The notes: generated by a model not told the origin, from the letters alone. DNA of 64,000 bases from Cytophagales bacterium (GCA_031425615.1 JANPJR010000030.1:18492-82491); one strand, 5' to 3'. Counted from the first letter of the stretch, positions 1 through 10,187 are shown. Translations and numbers: made by a program.

Positions 1-1320
1 TCCGCTTGGAAAGTGTTTTTTGATAGGGCTTTGCAAGGCGAAAAGTTTTCAGTAGATTATGCTTTTACAGAAAATACTTCCGCAGATGTACCCAAAATAT
101 ACCTTAGTATTTATTTTAACCCAATTTTTGATGCCCAAAAACGCATTTCGGGTGTGGCAATTTTTGCACGTGATATTACACAAAGAAAAGAAAGAGAAAT
201 TGAATTTACAGAATTTGCCCAAAAACAAAATACACGCACACAACGCCTTGTAGAACATCAACGCATACAACTCACACAACTTAATGAACGATACCAAGAA
301 GAAAAAAAATACCTTGCCACAGAAATAGAAAAAACATCTTTGCTCTACCAAAAAAATCTAAAAGAAAATCGCTTGTGGCAACATACACCAATGGTAATGA
401 TGGCACTTTCCAAAAATTTTGATGTGGTTTTTTACAACCAAAATGCCAAAAATCTATATGATGATTGGCATTATTGTATGCAACCTGATTATCATTTGCC
501 TGATACATTTTCTACAAGGTATTTTTTCAAATTAAAAAGTTTTTTACAAAAAGCACTCAAAGGCGAAATTATTGAAAATAAGGTAATTTTCAAAAAAAAT
601 AAAGCAAATTATAAAACGAATAATCAAACAGACTACAAAAATCTGTACCCAAAAAGCAAATCGTATTCTATTTTTTATATCAATATCCAAAAAATAGATA
701 TTGAAGAAATGCCTTCTGCTTCGCTTTTGCTTTCTGCACAAGAAATTACCGCACAACTTCTGCCCTACCGCCAAAAATTCAAACAAAGACGCAAATTAGA
801 ACCAAAAGAAAACGTTAAAGTCTTGGAAACACAAGAAAACGTTAAAATCTTGGAAACACAAGAAAACGTTAAAGTTTTGGAAACACAAGAAAATAAAGTT
901 TTAGAAACACAAGAAAATATTGAGGTTTCAAATACAAAAAAGAACGTAAAAACACCTACATTGCATTTAGAAAATGGCACACTAAAAGGCACATTGAAAT
1001 TCTATATTTTTGCACGTGATTTGGCGGTAAGCAGTTATGATGAAGACATGAAAGAAATATTTAACCTATTTCATTTGTGTTTGCAACCTGATTATATGAT
1101 TGCAGACGTATTCCCAAACAAAAATTTCGCACAATGGGGTAGTATATTTAAAAGGGCATTGTTAGGTGAAAAAATAACCTTACAACAACGTTTATTGCAT
1201 AAAAATCCGCTCACAAAAAAACGTACTGTGTATTTGTTTGATGTTATTTTTACACCTATTATTACGGAAGACAACCAATGCAAAGAAGTGCAACTACATT
1301 TGCAACAAAAAATATATTAA
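1..1320 (+). CDS. PAS-domain sensor protein, C-terminal part (reading frame open to window start)
   Basis: ORF 13..1320 begins at a GTG and the frame has no stop back to base 1. The N-terminal region reads like the end of a PAS fold (GVAIFARDITQRKEREIE), with two further PAS-like segments containing QPDY. A 27-bp tandem repeat inside encodes (ENVKVLETQ)x4. Confidence 0.5.
   Translation, partial: SAWKVFFDRALQGEKFSVDYAFTENTSADVPKIYLSIYFNPIFDAQKRISGVAIFARDITQRKEREIEFTEFAQKQNTRTQRLVEHQRIQLTQLNERYQEEKKYLATEIEKTSLLYQKNLKENRLWQHTPMVMMALSKNFDVVFYNQNAKNLYDDWHYCMQPDYHLPDTFSTRYFFKLKSFLQKALKGEIIENKVIFKKNKANYKTNNQTDYKNLYPKSKSYSIFYINIQKIDIEEMPSASLLLSAQEITAQLLPYRQKFKQRRKLEPKENVKVLETQENVKILETQENVKVLETQENKVLETQENIEVSNTKKNVKTPTLHLENGTLKGTLKFYIFARDLAVSSYDEDMKEIFNLFHLCLQPDYMIADVFPNKNFAQWGSIFKRALLGEKITLQQRLLHKNPLTKKRTVYLFDVIFTPIITEDNQCKEVQLHLQQKIY
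808..918 (+). repeat. 27-bp tandem repeat x4 (encodes ENVKVLETQ) inside the PAS protein gene
   Basis: Direct reading: the unit gaaaacgttaaagtcttggaaacacaa repeats 3 times nearly perfectly, followed by one degenerate copy. Confidence 0.85.
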
Positions 1321-1647
1321 ATAAACTAAAAAAATTGATGTAATTATCCGTAATTACATATCCCAATAAAAATAAACACTCAATAAACGTTGGACTGATG
1401 ATTTTAATGTTAAGAATAGGAACAAAAAATGTTAAAAAAGCCATTTTTATCGTTTAGCTAAATAGATGCAATTTTTTTAGGCATTCAATTATTCTGCTGA
1501 AAAAAAATTTACAAAAATAAATTTTTGGTAAAAAAATTGTTTATATAAAGATATTCATATTTGGCAATCCTTGTTTGATATGATTGGAAACCACTATTTT
1601 TAATATTTTTTACAAAAATTTAAGATTTAAACCAAAATTTACGCAAA

Positions 1648-2271
1648 ATGAATAAACCAATCAATAAATTTTTTATTTTTACACTTGCTTTTGCATTTAT
1701 TACTTGTATTTCATTGGCATTTTTTCCTAAAAATACCTACGCACAACTTTCCAAAGACGAAAAAAAGAAATTATTAGCTGAAATTAAAAAAATTTCGCCT
1801 GAAAGTCTTAAAAAAATGAAAGAAGAAGCAGAAAATCCACCACAAAAAGCAAAAAATGATGAAGCATTAGCCACAAAAAGACTTGCTAAACAAAATGCAC
1901 TCATAGAATCCAGCAAAAAAGATGAATCTGTGGTATATTTGGAGGAAAAAATGAGAACTTTCAAAAAAGAAAACCCTGACGTAAATGCTTCAAAACAACA
2001 ACGTACCAACGAAAAATGTGCTTTTAGCGTACAAATTGGGGCTTACAAAAATCAAGACCTTACACAATACATGGAAAAAAGCCCAAATTTTGGCGTAGAA
2101 TCTGATGAATCGGGTATGAAAAAATATGTATTAGGTTATTTTTCTTCTTATTGGGAAGCAAAATATTTTAGCAAATACCTTGATTCATTGGGCGGAAAAT
2201 CGTATGTTGTGGGATTTTACCAAGGTAAAAGAATACCTGATTTGAAAGATATGACAGATTGTACTTTTTAA
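1648..2271 (+). CDS. SPOR-domain (peptidoglycan-binding) protein with signal peptide
   Basis: ATG at 1648. The N-terminus is hydrophobic. The C-terminal ~80 aa (FSVQIGAYKNQDLTQYMEK...YVLGYFSSYWEAKYFSKYLDS...YVVGF) matches the SPOR repeat pattern (vQvGAf...A..l...l...g....yrV.vGpf). Confidence 0.5.
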   Translation: MNKPINKFFIFTLAFAFITCISLAFFPKNTYAQLSKDEKKKLLAEIKKISPESLKKMKEEAENPPQKAKNDEALATKRLAKQNALIESSKKDESVVYLEEKMRTFKKENPDVNASKQQRTNEKCAFSVQIGAYKNQDLTQYMEKSPNFGVESDESGMKKYVLGYFSSYWEAKYFSKYLDSLGGKSYVVGFYQGKRIPDLKDMTDCTF

Positions 2272-2319
2272 ATAATTTGAAAAATAAATACACATTTTTA
2301 AATAATTTATTTTTTTTAT

Positions 2320-2350
2320 TTGCAAATTAAAAAAATAAATTATACCTTTG
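2320..2350 (+). promoter_or_regulatory. Candidate Bacteroidota sigma-A promoter for tRNA-Val (-33 TTTG, -7 TAccTTTG)
   Basis: TTTG at ~2320-2323 and TAccTTTG at ~2343-2350 are spaced ~19 bp, matching the Bacteroidetes -33/-7 consensus (TTTG / TAnnTTTG). The site lies ~65 bp upstream of the tRNA. Confidence 0.3.
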
Positions 2351-2416
2351 CATTACAGTTTTATATAGTAATACGCCTTTTAGCTATACATTATAAAAAT
2401 AAATGTAAAGATTAAA

Positions 2417-2490
2417 GGGAGTTTAGCTCAGCTGGTTAGAGCATCTGCCTTACAAGCAGAGGGTCACAGGTTCGAATCCTGTAACTCCCA
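2417..2490 (+). tRNA. tRNA-Val (anticodon TAC)
   Basis: 74-nt cloverleaf read by hand: acceptor GGGAGTT/AACTCCC, D-arm GCTC...GAGC, anticodon stem TCTGC/GCAGA with loop CTTACAA (anticodon TAC), T-arm ACAGG-TTCGAAT-CCTGT, discriminator A. No CCA is encoded. Confidence 0.9.
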
Positions 2491-2499
2491 CAACAACAA

Positions 2500-2540
2500 A
2501 AAAAAACCTTTTTTAAGAAATTGAAAAAGGTTTTTTTTTA
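2500..2540 (+). terminator. Rho-independent terminator after tRNA-Val
   Basis: The stem aaaacctttttt / aaaaaaggtttt has loop aagaaattg and is followed by a T-run. Confidence 0.5.
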
Positions 2541-2576
2541 TCATTTAGCAGTAGTTTTCAAAAAATATTTTTTTAT

Positions 2577-2600
2577 TTCCCCTTTGGGAGTTAGGGGGCT
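2577..2600. repeat. GC-rich REP-like hairpin motif, copy 1 (TTCCCCCTTTGGGAGTTAGGGGGCT)
   Basis: One member of a family of about 10 copies in this window (see findings). It sits immediately after the stop codon of the 2603..3661 gene. Confidence 0.7.
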
Positions 2601-2602
2601 AA

Positions 2603-3661
2603 TTATTTACTCTTTTTCCCAAAAACCTCTTTTACACGCAGTTGAAGTGTAAAAAAATGTTTTCCTACCCCAATTTGGTGCGTACTATAACCATATTGAA
2701 AACTGTATTTTCGGGCATAAAACGCAAAACCAAAACTAAAACCACGTGTTCCACCAAGATTGCGAATTTTCATTTCACGATTTACAAGGTGATTGTAACC
2801 TGCTAATACATGAAATTTTGGTGAAAAAATAATTTCTGTGCCTACTACAAAATGCCTTGCAAGGTCATCAAAAAAAGTTTTTTTAGGAACATTTTTTTGT
2901 CCAGTCAAATCTACCGTATAATTTTGGAAAGGGTCAAGATACACAATATCCCATCTATGTAAATGATGGGCGGTAAGCGAAAACCGCACAGGCATATATG
3001 TAGGCTTGTAAGATACGCCAAATTGCACATCTATTGGGAGAGGGGTATTTTCACCTTGTAAATAATTTTTTACGGTAAAACCAGCATTCTGTACTGAAAG
3101 CCCTATTTTAAGGTCTTTTTTTGGGTGTTTGAATACACTACTTAATGTAAAAACCAATGCGTGTGCATTATAACTTTCAATCTGTGAAACCAAATAATGT
3201 ATTGCTCCGCCCATATAAAAATTGCCTTGTTTGATGCCATAACTTGCCATCATATCCCAATCCGAAGCCCTGAAATCACCCAAAACTGCTCCTGTTGCGT
3301 CAGTAAGTTGCATTTTGCCATAATTTACGCCTCTAATACCCCCCGAAAAAAGCCCTTTTTTGAATTTATCTGCATAAATAAATTGATATTGTCCTGCGTC
3401 AGCTTGCCAAGTTGCAAAACTAAATGAAGCAGTTTTTGCCAAAGAATCATTTGCAATAGCAGGATTATTAAAAATATTGTTAATGTCATATTCGCCACTG
3501 CTTACATTTACGCCACCAACCGCAGAAAGCCACGCAAAATGTGGATTTTGGGTAAAAGCAAAGCTATTTCTCCCGCCTATTTGTGCATTTGTGTTATGTG
3601 TTTGTGCAAAAAATAGTAAAAAATAAAGCAAAAAAAGATTAAAACTTTTAAGGTTTTTCAT
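2603..3661 (-). CDS. Outer-membrane beta-barrel protein with signal peptide, T9SS-associated type (PorQ/PorP-like); family not resolved
   Basis: ATG at 3661. Signal peptide ending ...NTNAQ. The length (~350 aa) and the alternating aromatic/glycine beta-strand pattern running to a C-terminal aromatic residue are typical of Bacteroidota PorQ/PorP-type barrels. Confidence 0.4.
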   Translation of the reverse strand: MKNLKSFNLFLLYFLLFFAQTHNTNAQIGGRNSFAFTQNPHFAWLSAVGGVNVSSGEYDINNIFNNPAIANDSLAKTASFSFATWQADAGQYQFIYADKFKKGLFSGGIRGVNYGKMQLTDATGAVLGDFRASDWDMMASYGIKQGNFYMGGAIHYLVSQIESYNAHALVFTLSSVFKHPKKDLKIGLSVQNAGFTVKNYLQGENTPLPIDVQFGVSYKPTYMPVRFSLTAHHLHRWDIVYLDPFQNYTVDLTGQKNVPKKTFFDDLARHFVVGTEIIFSPKFHVLAGYNHLVNREMKIRNLGGTRGFSFGFAFYARKYSFQYGYSTHQIGVGKHFFTLQLRVKEVFGKKSK

Positions 3662-3683
3662 GTATGTATTTTCAATAAAAATT

Positions 3684-4076
3684 TTAGTCCAAAAAGGTAA
3701 TATCGCTTTGGATATTGATTGGATTTGAAAGCATTTTGTGGACAGGACAAGCGTTTGCTATTTGTATAAGGCGTGTGAGTTGTTCTTCTGTAATGTTGCC
3801 TGTGAGTGTGATGTGTCGTTGTATATTTGTGCTGTTGTTTTCGCCTTTGTCTAAGGACAATTTCACGTCTATTTTTTGCACATCCCAGCCTTTTCGGTCT
3901 GCATACATGCGGATTGTGATAGCAGTACAACTGCCCAAACTCGCCAAAAGATATTCATTGGGCGTAGCACCTGTGTCTGTGCCTTGCAATTCTGCGGGTT
4001 CGTCTGCAAAAAATGTATGATTGCGTGCCTGAATTGTGGTTTGGAATTGTTGGTTTTGGAGAGAAACGGTAAGCAT
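3684..4076 (-). CDS. OsmC/Ohr-family peroxiredoxin-like protein
   Basis: 130 aa. Carries the OsmC signature GATPNEYLLASLGSCTAITIRMYA and a C-terminal ANACPVHKML with conserved Cys. Confidence 0.8.
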   Translation of the reverse strand: MLTVSLQNQQFQTTIQARNHTFFADEPAELQGTDTGATPNEYLLASLGSCTAITIRMYADRKGWDVQKIDVKLSLDKGENNSTNIQRHITLTGNITEEQLTRLIQIANACPVHKMLSNPINIQSDITFLD

Positions 4077-4117
4077 AGGAAATTAAGTTTTTTTATTATT
4101 TACTACCAAATTTTAAT

Positions 4118-4168
4118 TTAAAAAAATACGGTCAGACCTTCGCAATGCTGGGTGCAGACCGTATTTTA
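4118..4168 (-). terminator. Rho-independent terminator downstream of the E2 gene (minus strand)
   Basis: Hairpin atacggtc...gaccgtat with a GC-containing 8-bp stem. On the minus strand it is followed by a T-run (plus-strand aaaaaaa before it). Confidence 0.5.
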
Positions 4169-4189
4169 TACACATATTTTTTAATTTTT

Positions 4190-5452
4190 TTACAAATTAA
4201 GTAAAAGTCTTTCAGGATTTTCAAGGTATTTTTTAACAGTTACCAAAAATCCTACTGCTTCTCTGCCATCAATAATACGGTGGTCATACGACAATGCAAC
4301 ATACATAATTGGTAGGATTTTGACCTCACCATTCACAGCCATAGGGCGTTCCACGATGTTGTGCATACCCAAAATAGCAGATTGTGGGGCATTGATAATA
4401 GGCGTTGAAAGCATAGAGCCAAATATTCCACCATTGGTAATGGTAAAAGTGCCTCCTGTCATATCTTCAATACTGAGGGCATTATTTTTTGCTTTTGTAG
4501 CCAATTCAATGATGCCTTTTTCTATTTGTGCAAAATTCATGTTTTCCACATTACGCAAAACAGGTACTACAAGTCCTTTTGGAGCAGAAACTGCCACCGA
4601 AATATCCACAAAATCATTATAAACAATCTCAGTGCCATCAATCATAGCATTTACCTCTGGAAATGCTTTCAACGCTTCTGCACATGCCCTCGTAAAAAAC
4701 GACATAAAACCCAATCCAACTTGGTGTTTTTCCTTAAATTCATCTTTGTATTTGTTGCGCAAATCCATGATGGGCTTCATATTTACCTCGTTGAATGTGG
4801 TAAGCATGGCGGTTTCATTTTTTACTGCAACCAATCTTTTGGCAATGGTTTTGCGGAGTGGTGTCATTTTTTGGCGACGTTGTGTGCGTGTGCCTTCGCC
4901 TAATGTTGTTTGTTGGGGCTTGGTCTCAGTTTTAGGGGCTACTATTTCAGGTGTTTTTTCGGTTTTTACTGCATTTACAGCATCTTGTTTGGTGATTCTT
5001 CCACCTATGCCTGTGCCTTCTACTTCGCTTGTATTGATGCCTTTTTCACTAAGGATTTTATTAGCAGAAGGCGAAGGTGTGCCTTTTGCATAAGAAGTTT
5101 CGGTTTGTTTTTCTGTTGTAACTGCTGTATTTTCTACTTTTGCAACAGGTTGTTCTGTTGTTACAAGCGGTGTTTTTGTAGTTTCTGTATTAGCAGTTGG
5201 CTCGCTGATGACAATATTACAAATCAAATCGCCAATGGCAAGCGTATTACCTGTTTGTGCTATTATTTTGAGCGTACCTGATGCAGTAGCAGGAAATTCT
5301 TGAGTAGCCTTGTCCGTTTCAATTTCGCAAAGCGGTTCGTCCATTTTTACAAAATCGCCATCTTTTTTGAGCCATTCGCCAATGGTTACTTCTATGATAC
5401 TTTCCGCTATGGGCGTTACACGCATTTCAATTACATCACCTATTTTGCTCAT
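4190..5452 (-). CDS. sucB: 2-oxo acid dehydrogenase E2 component (dihydrolipoamide acyltransferase, SucB-like), single lipoyl domain
   Basis: N-terminal lipoyl domain with EIETDKA motif, a Pro/Thr/Ala-rich linker, and a C-terminal catalytic domain with DHRIIDG (catalytic His). 420 aa with one lipoyl domain is typical of SucB. No E1 or E3 gene is adjacent. Confidence 0.85.
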   Translation of the reverse strand: MSKIGDVIEMRVTPIAESIIEVTIGEWLKKDGDFVKMDEPLCEIETDKATQEFPATASGTLKIIAQTGNTLAIGDLICNIVISEPTANTETTKTPLVTTEQPVAKVENTAVTTEKQTETSYAKGTPSPSANKILSEKGINTSEVEGTGIGGRITKQDAVNAVKTEKTPEIVAPKTETKPQQTTLGEGTRTQRRQKMTPLRKTIAKRLVAVKNETAMLTTFNEVNMKPIMDLRNKYKDEFKEKHQVGLGFMSFFTRACAEALKAFPEVNAMIDGTEIVYNDFVDISVAVSAPKGLVVPVLRNVENMNFAQIEKGIIELATKAKNNALSIEDMTGGTFTITNGGIFGSMLSTPIINAPQSAILGMHNIVERPMAVNGEVKILPIMYVALSYDHRIIDGREAVGFLVTVKKYLENPERLLLNL

Positions 5453-5698
5453 GTTTTTATAAAGTTTTTTTAAAAAAAATAGTTTTTTTATTTGTGTTTT
5501 ATATTTTAAATCTGGTATTTATAATTTTATATTTTAGTAATTTATTAAATTAAAAAAAATCTTTCCAAAAATAAGAAATAATTTTTAAAAATAATAATTT
5601 TAAATTTTTAAAAATTGGATGAAATCTACTTACAAAGATAATTTTTTTTTGGGTAAAAAAGTTCGTTTTTGTTTTTTTTTGGAATTTTTAAATACCCA

Positions 5699-7141
5699 TC
5701 AAATTTTTACCCCAATATTTTTAGGCTCGGTACAAAAATTCAATGCGTCCCAACCACCTTCACGCCCTATACCAGAATGTTTCATGCCACCAAAAGGCGT
5801 TCTCAAATCACGCACAAGCCAAGAATTGACCCAGACAATGCCTGCATCTATTTTCTGGGCAGTACGGTGTGCTTTCCCAATATTTTCAGTCCAAACGGTA
5901 GCAGAAAGTCCATATCTTGTATCATTAGCCAATAAAATAGCATGTTGTTCATCTTCAAAAGGAATTAAAGTAGCCACTGCACCAAAAATCTCTTCTTGAT
6001 TTGTGTGTGTTTCATTGCCCAAACCCTCAATAAGTGTAGGTTTTATAAAAAATCCTTTTGCGTTTTCGCTTTCCAAATACATCGCTTCACCACCACACAA
6101 AATCGTTCCGCCTTCATTTTTAGCAATTTCTATACAATTTAACACTTTTTGATAATGTAATGGCGAAACTACCGCACCTTGTTGTGTATTTTCGTCCAAA
6201 GGATTGCCAATTTTAAGGTTTTTTGTTAATGCAACAAGGTCATTTTTAAAACGTTCATAGATGGATTTTTCTATCAAAATACGCTCACTGCACAAACAAA
6301 TTTGCCCTTGATTGGTAAATGCAGACCTCAATACACCTTGTAACGTTTTTTCGTAATCGCAATCCGCAAAAACAATTGCAGGATTTTTGCCTCCAAGCTC
6401 TAATGATAATTTTTTGAACATTGGGGCAATAGTTGTGGCAATTTCTGCCCCTATTTTGGTACTTCCTGTGAAAGAAATTGCTTTGATTTTAGGGTGTTTT
6501 ACAATAGCTTCGCCTACTTTTCCACCTACGCCATGCAATATATTCAAAACACCTTTGGGTAATCCAGCTTTTTGACAAATTTCTGCTAAAAGAAAGGCAG
6601 TCATGGGCGTGATTTCGGAAGGTTTGGCAATCACAGCGTTTCCTGTGGCAATAGCAGGAGCAATTTTCCACGTAAAAAGATACAAAGGTAGGTTCCAAGG
6701 CGAAATGCAACCTATCAAACCAATAGGTTTTCGCAATGTATAATTAAAATATTGGCTATTGGTTTCGTGTGTTTGGGTAGAAAAATGCAGAATTGCGGTT
6801 GCAAAAAATCTAAAATTCTCTATTGCTCTTGGAATATCCATTTTACGGGCAAGCGTAAGCGGTTTTCCCGAATCAATGCTTTCCGCAAGTGCCAATTCCC
6901 CTAAATTTTCCTCCATCAAATCCGCAATTTTCAGCATAATGGCAGACCTTTCTTGTGTACTGGTTTCTGACCAAAGCATTTGAGCGGTGAGCGCGTGTCC
7001 AACCGCTTCTGCTACATCTTGATAATCAGAATTAGGCACAATGCTATACGCTTCGCCTGTTGCAGGATTGATATTGTCTAAATAATGTTCAGATAATGGT
7101 GCTACAAATTCACCATTGATAAAATTTAAAATTCTAAGCAT
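5699..7141 (-). CDS. NAD(P)-dependent aldehyde dehydrogenase family protein
   Basis: ALDH motifs ELGGKNP (catalytic Glu) and GQICLCSER (catalytic Cys), plus a GxGxxG-like FTGSTKIG. The track ORF extends to 7192, but the in-frame ATG at 7141 (MLRILNFINGEF...) gives a canonical ~480-aa ALDH. Confidence 0.85.
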   Translation of the reverse strand: MLRILNFINGEFVAPLSEHYLDNINPATGEAYSIVPNSDYQDVAEAVGHALTAQMLWSETSTQERSAIMLKIADLMEENLGELALAESIDSGKPLTLARKMDIPRAIENFRFFATAILHFSTQTHETNSQYFNYTLRKPIGLIGCISPWNLPLYLFTWKIAPAIATGNAVIAKPSEITPMTAFLLAEICQKAGLPKGVLNILHGVGGKVGEAIVKHPKIKAISFTGSTKIGAEIATTIAPMFKKLSLELGGKNPAIVFADCDYEKTLQGVLRSAFTNQGQICLCSERILIEKSIYERFKNDLVALTKNLKIGNPLDENTQQGAVVSPLHYQKVLNCIEIAKNEGGTILCGGEAMYLESENAKGFFIKPTLIEGLGNETHTNQEEIFGAVATLIPFEDEQHAILLANDTRYGLSATVWTENIGKAHRTAQKIDAGIVWVNSWLVRDLRTPFGGMKHSGIGREGGWDALNFCTEPKNIGVKI

Positions 7142-7667
7142 GAAAGGAAGTTTAAAAAAGCATACTGCTTTATAAAAAATTAGATTGTTCAAAACACAAA
7201 CAAAGATATAAAAAAAATGCTGATAATAAATAAAAAATCAAGGTAACAACTTGAAAACAACAACTTGATTATTCTATTTTTACCTTGTTTCTTTTGAAAT
7301 ATTTTTTTGTGTCATAAAACATATCTGTCAAACTCAACCGCTTACACTTTATTTTGGAGATATGTTTTTATTTTGACTGTTGTCAAAAATTTTATTTGCA
7401 AAAAAAATAAAACCTTAAAAATAATTAAATTTCCCAAGATTTGTGTATGGTTTATCACTTTGCTTTCGGAAGTTTATATTTTATTGAAAAAAATATTTCT
7501 AAAATCCCTTGTCTTTTGATGAGGGATTTTTTTATTTTTATTTAGGAATTAATTTTTAGCATTATTTCAATAGATGTATTTTTATTGGTGTAACAAGGAT
7601 TTCTTTTTTTTTAATACCTTTGCAAAAAAATAATACAAAAAGATTAACCACTATAAAAATTTAATTC

Positions 7668-8639
7668 ATGAAACTTAACATACATTTCTATTTGCTTATA
7701 TCCATTTTTTTAACCCAACTCATATTTTGTAAAAATATTTTTGGTCAAGAAAATAAAACAAAAAGCGAAAATAATCCTACTTTTGACCATGCGTTACTTT
7801 GGGAAATATCAGGCAATAATGCCACACAAAGTATGTATATTATGGGAACACACCATTTGTATGATAGGCGTTTTTTGAACACAGATAAAAGTATCCAAAA
7901 TATTTTGCCTAAAATTGATGTTTTTGTGGGTGAATTACACGAAGACAGCCTTGAAAATGCCAGCAAAAGTATGATGTTTATGAAATATATGCTCCTTGAA
8001 AATACCACTATGAAAGAATTACTTTCAGAAAAACAATATAAAAAAGTGGATAAAATGCTCAAAGCAGAAACAGGGCTTGCACTTTCTATGCTTAATACAA
8101 TGAAACCGATGGTTACAACGCAATATATTCAAATAGCAAAATACATGAAAAATATCAAAAAAAATGATAATTTTAATATATTGAGTAGCGGTTTAGACCA
8201 TTCTATTGATGGATATTTTCAGGAATTTGCAAAAAAAAATAATAAACTTGTGTTAGGTTTGGAAACAGCAGAATATCAAATGGAAGCACTTTATAATGGT
8301 ACAAACCTAAAAAAACAAGTAGAAAATTTGATGGATTTGGTGGAAAATAAAAATGCAGGAAGCAATGAAACTATGCAAAAAATGGACGATTTGTATGTTG
8401 AACAAGATATTGCAGGTTTATATCAATATTTGGAAAAATATAGCACAAAAGAAGAAATGGAAACGCTATTGTACAAACGTAATAAAAATTGGTTTCCAAT
8501 GTTGATAAGTATGCTACAATCACCCAAAAAGCATTTTGTAGCAGTAGGCTCAGGGCATTTGGCGGGTAAAATAGGCATTTTGACCATGCTCAAAGATGCA
8601 GGTTATACACTCAAACCTATAAAATTGGAAATGAGATAA
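7668..8639 (+). CDS. TraB/GumN-family protein with signal peptide
   Basis: LLWEISG...YIMGTHHL matches the TraB/GumN hallmark (LW.v.g.....yLlGTiH). The N-terminus is hydrophobic. Confidence 0.65.
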   Translation: MKLNIHFYLLISIFLTQLIFCKNIFGQENKTKSENNPTFDHALLWEISGNNATQSMYIMGTHHLYDRRFLNTDKSIQNILPKIDVFVGELHEDSLENASKSMMFMKYMLLENTTMKELLSEKQYKKVDKMLKAETGLALSMLNTMKPMVTTQYIQIAKYMKNIKKNDNFNILSSGLDHSIDGYFQEFAKKNNKLVLGLETAEYQMEALYNGTNLKKQVENLMDLVENKNAGSNETMQKMDDLYVEQDIAGLYQYLEKYSTKEEMETLLYKRNKNWFPMLISMLQSPKKHFVAVGSGHLAGKIGILTMLKDAGYTLKPIKLEMR

Positions 8640-8744
8640 TGAAAGTTATCAGTTGTCAGTAGCAAGTAATCAGTTTTTGAAGTTTTCCATTTTTACAAAA
8701 AACTAACAACTAAAAAAACTGATAACTGAAAAAATTGACAATTT

Positions 8745-9263
8745 TTAGATAGACACATACACAATTTGCCCATTTTCTTCTATTTCTGTGCCAATAATGC
8801 CTCTTTTTTGCAATTTTTCGATAATAGGAATTAATGTATCAATGCTTTCACGCACCAAAATAACTGCTTCCACCAATGAAATTTTGCCTTTTTTTTGCAT
8901 AAGTGCCTCCAAAAATCTTACTTCCAAATCCGCTTCATAAGAGGAAATACGTTGTTGTTGTATATGTGTGTGGCTGTGAGATGTAAGATTGTGGTTTGGG
9001 CTTTGCAAATGATGCGCATGCGAAGGAGGCAAAAGTGATTCTAATTCCTCTATTTTATCTTGTTTTTGGCGAAGTAAAAGCCTTCCTGTGCCAATAGAAC
9101 CCAAAAAAAGCAACAATATATCAATAAAAAATACAGGCTTAGGCAACATAAAACGAGGTTGTGCCATCATCACCAAAAATAAAAATGTCCCAATACCCAA
9201 ACCACCAAGTATGAGGAAAAAATCAATAATATCCGAAAAAGTATATTTTTTATCGTTTTTCAT
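8745..9263 (-). CDS. Hypothetical membrane protein with C-terminal winged-helix-like domain
   Basis: The track ORF starts at a TTG at 9332. ATG at 9263 (MKNDKK...). Two predicted TM helices, then VRFLEALMQKKGKISLVEAVILVRESIDTLIPIIEKLQKRGII, which resembles a MarR/ArsR-type wHTH. Confidence 0.3.
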   Translation of the reverse strand: MKNDKKYTFSDIIDFFLILGGLGIGTFLFLVMMAQPRFMLPKPVFFIDILLLFLGSIGTGRLLLRQKQDKIEELESLLPPSHAHHLQSPNHNLTSHSHTHIQQQRISSYEADLEVRFLEALMQKKGKISLVEAVILVRESIDTLIPIIEKLQKRGIIGTEIEENGQIVYVSI

Positions 9264-9377
9264 ATTAAAAAGAAAATGTAACTGACAGTAAAACAGACCA
9301 CAAAATAGAAATCCTACACCACTCCGTAGCAAGATAACACAAAAATATAAAAAAAATTAGTAAAAATTTATAAAAAA

Positions 9378-10187
9378 ATGTTAAAAAAAATAATAAAATC
9401 TTCTGCAATTCCTTATATTTGTTTGATAGTTAAAAAATTTATTAAAAAATATGCTAAGAAAGGTAAAATATATATGAAAAATTCCATAAAAAATCAAATG
9501 AAAAATTTTATAAAAACACATATTATTTTTTTACAAATTTCTTGTTGGTGCAATATCATTTTTTTTGCCTTTTCATGCCAAGAAAATACAACGTACAAAG
9601 AAGTGGATAATGGGCTTGGCGTAGGAAATAGAGGTGAAAACAGAAATAACATAGAGAAGAAAAAAATGGAAAACCCCTCCCAAGTTATCAAATTTTATGA
9701 TAAAACAGGCAGAGTACAAATCAGCACTGAAATAAGTAAAAAAGAAGCATTTATCAAATATGATGTAGGCAAAAAATATATTATTGGTAGGTTTGAAAAT
9801 GATAAATCGCCCATTTATTTTGATGAAAAAGGCGATATTTTAGCAAAAATTACGTTTTTGGACAAAGGTCTTATCATCAAAAACAACAGCAATCAACCTA
9901 TTTATTGGGTAAAAGAAACAGAAAAAGCTTTTCAAATTGCAGACAATCAACGCCTAAAAAATGCTTTTGAAATCAGAAAAGAAAAAAATCTTGTACGCTT
10001 GTATTCTCCAACTAAAATGCTCGCAGAATTGCGTTTGGAAGATAAAAAAATTATCCTAAAAGGCTATGATATATATGAAATACGTGATTTTGCAGAAAAA
10101 GAAATCAATCCTGCACTCGCTATTATCCTACTCAATGATATACCAGAATATTTACGTTTTATTATCTTGGTGGAAATGATAAGATGA
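9378..10187 (+). CDS. Hypothetical protein, possible lipoprotein
   Basis: ATG at 9378. A hydrophobic segment ends in a lipobox-like AFSCQ. No recognisable domain. Confidence 0.35.
   Translation: MLKKIIKSSAIPYICLIVKKFIKKYAKKGKIYMKNSIKNQMKNFIKTHIIFLQISCWCNIIFFAFSCQENTTYKEVDNGLGVGNRGENRNNIEKKKMENPSQVIKFYDKTGRVQISTEISKKEAFIKYDVGKKYIIGRFENDKSPIYFDEKGDILAKITFLDKGLIIKNNSNQPIYWVKETEKAFQIADNQRLKNAFEIRKEKNLVRLYSPTKMLAELRLEDKKIILKGYDIYEIRDFAEKEINPALAIILLNDIPEYLRFIILVEMIR

Noticed and set aside
2577-2600. GC-rich REP-like hairpins as rho-independent terminators
   Set aside because: Although stop-codon-proximal, they are not followed by a T-run on the gene strand. Genuine terminators in the window (4118, 19066, 23920, 36010) have a different architecture.
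4320-5281. Several 100-150-aa track ORFs (4320..4622, 4526..4903, 4632..5093, 4910..5281) on the plus strand
   Set aside because: All are nested antisense within the well-supported E2 acyltransferase gene and have Cys/Phe-rich low-complexity translations typical of spurious antisense frames.
7142-7192. 17-codon N-terminal extension of the aldehyde dehydrogenase ORF (MNNLIFYKAVCFFKLPF)
   Set aside because: The extension is hydrophobic junk preceding a canonical ALDH N-terminus that begins at the in-frame ATG at 7141. It is probably not translated.
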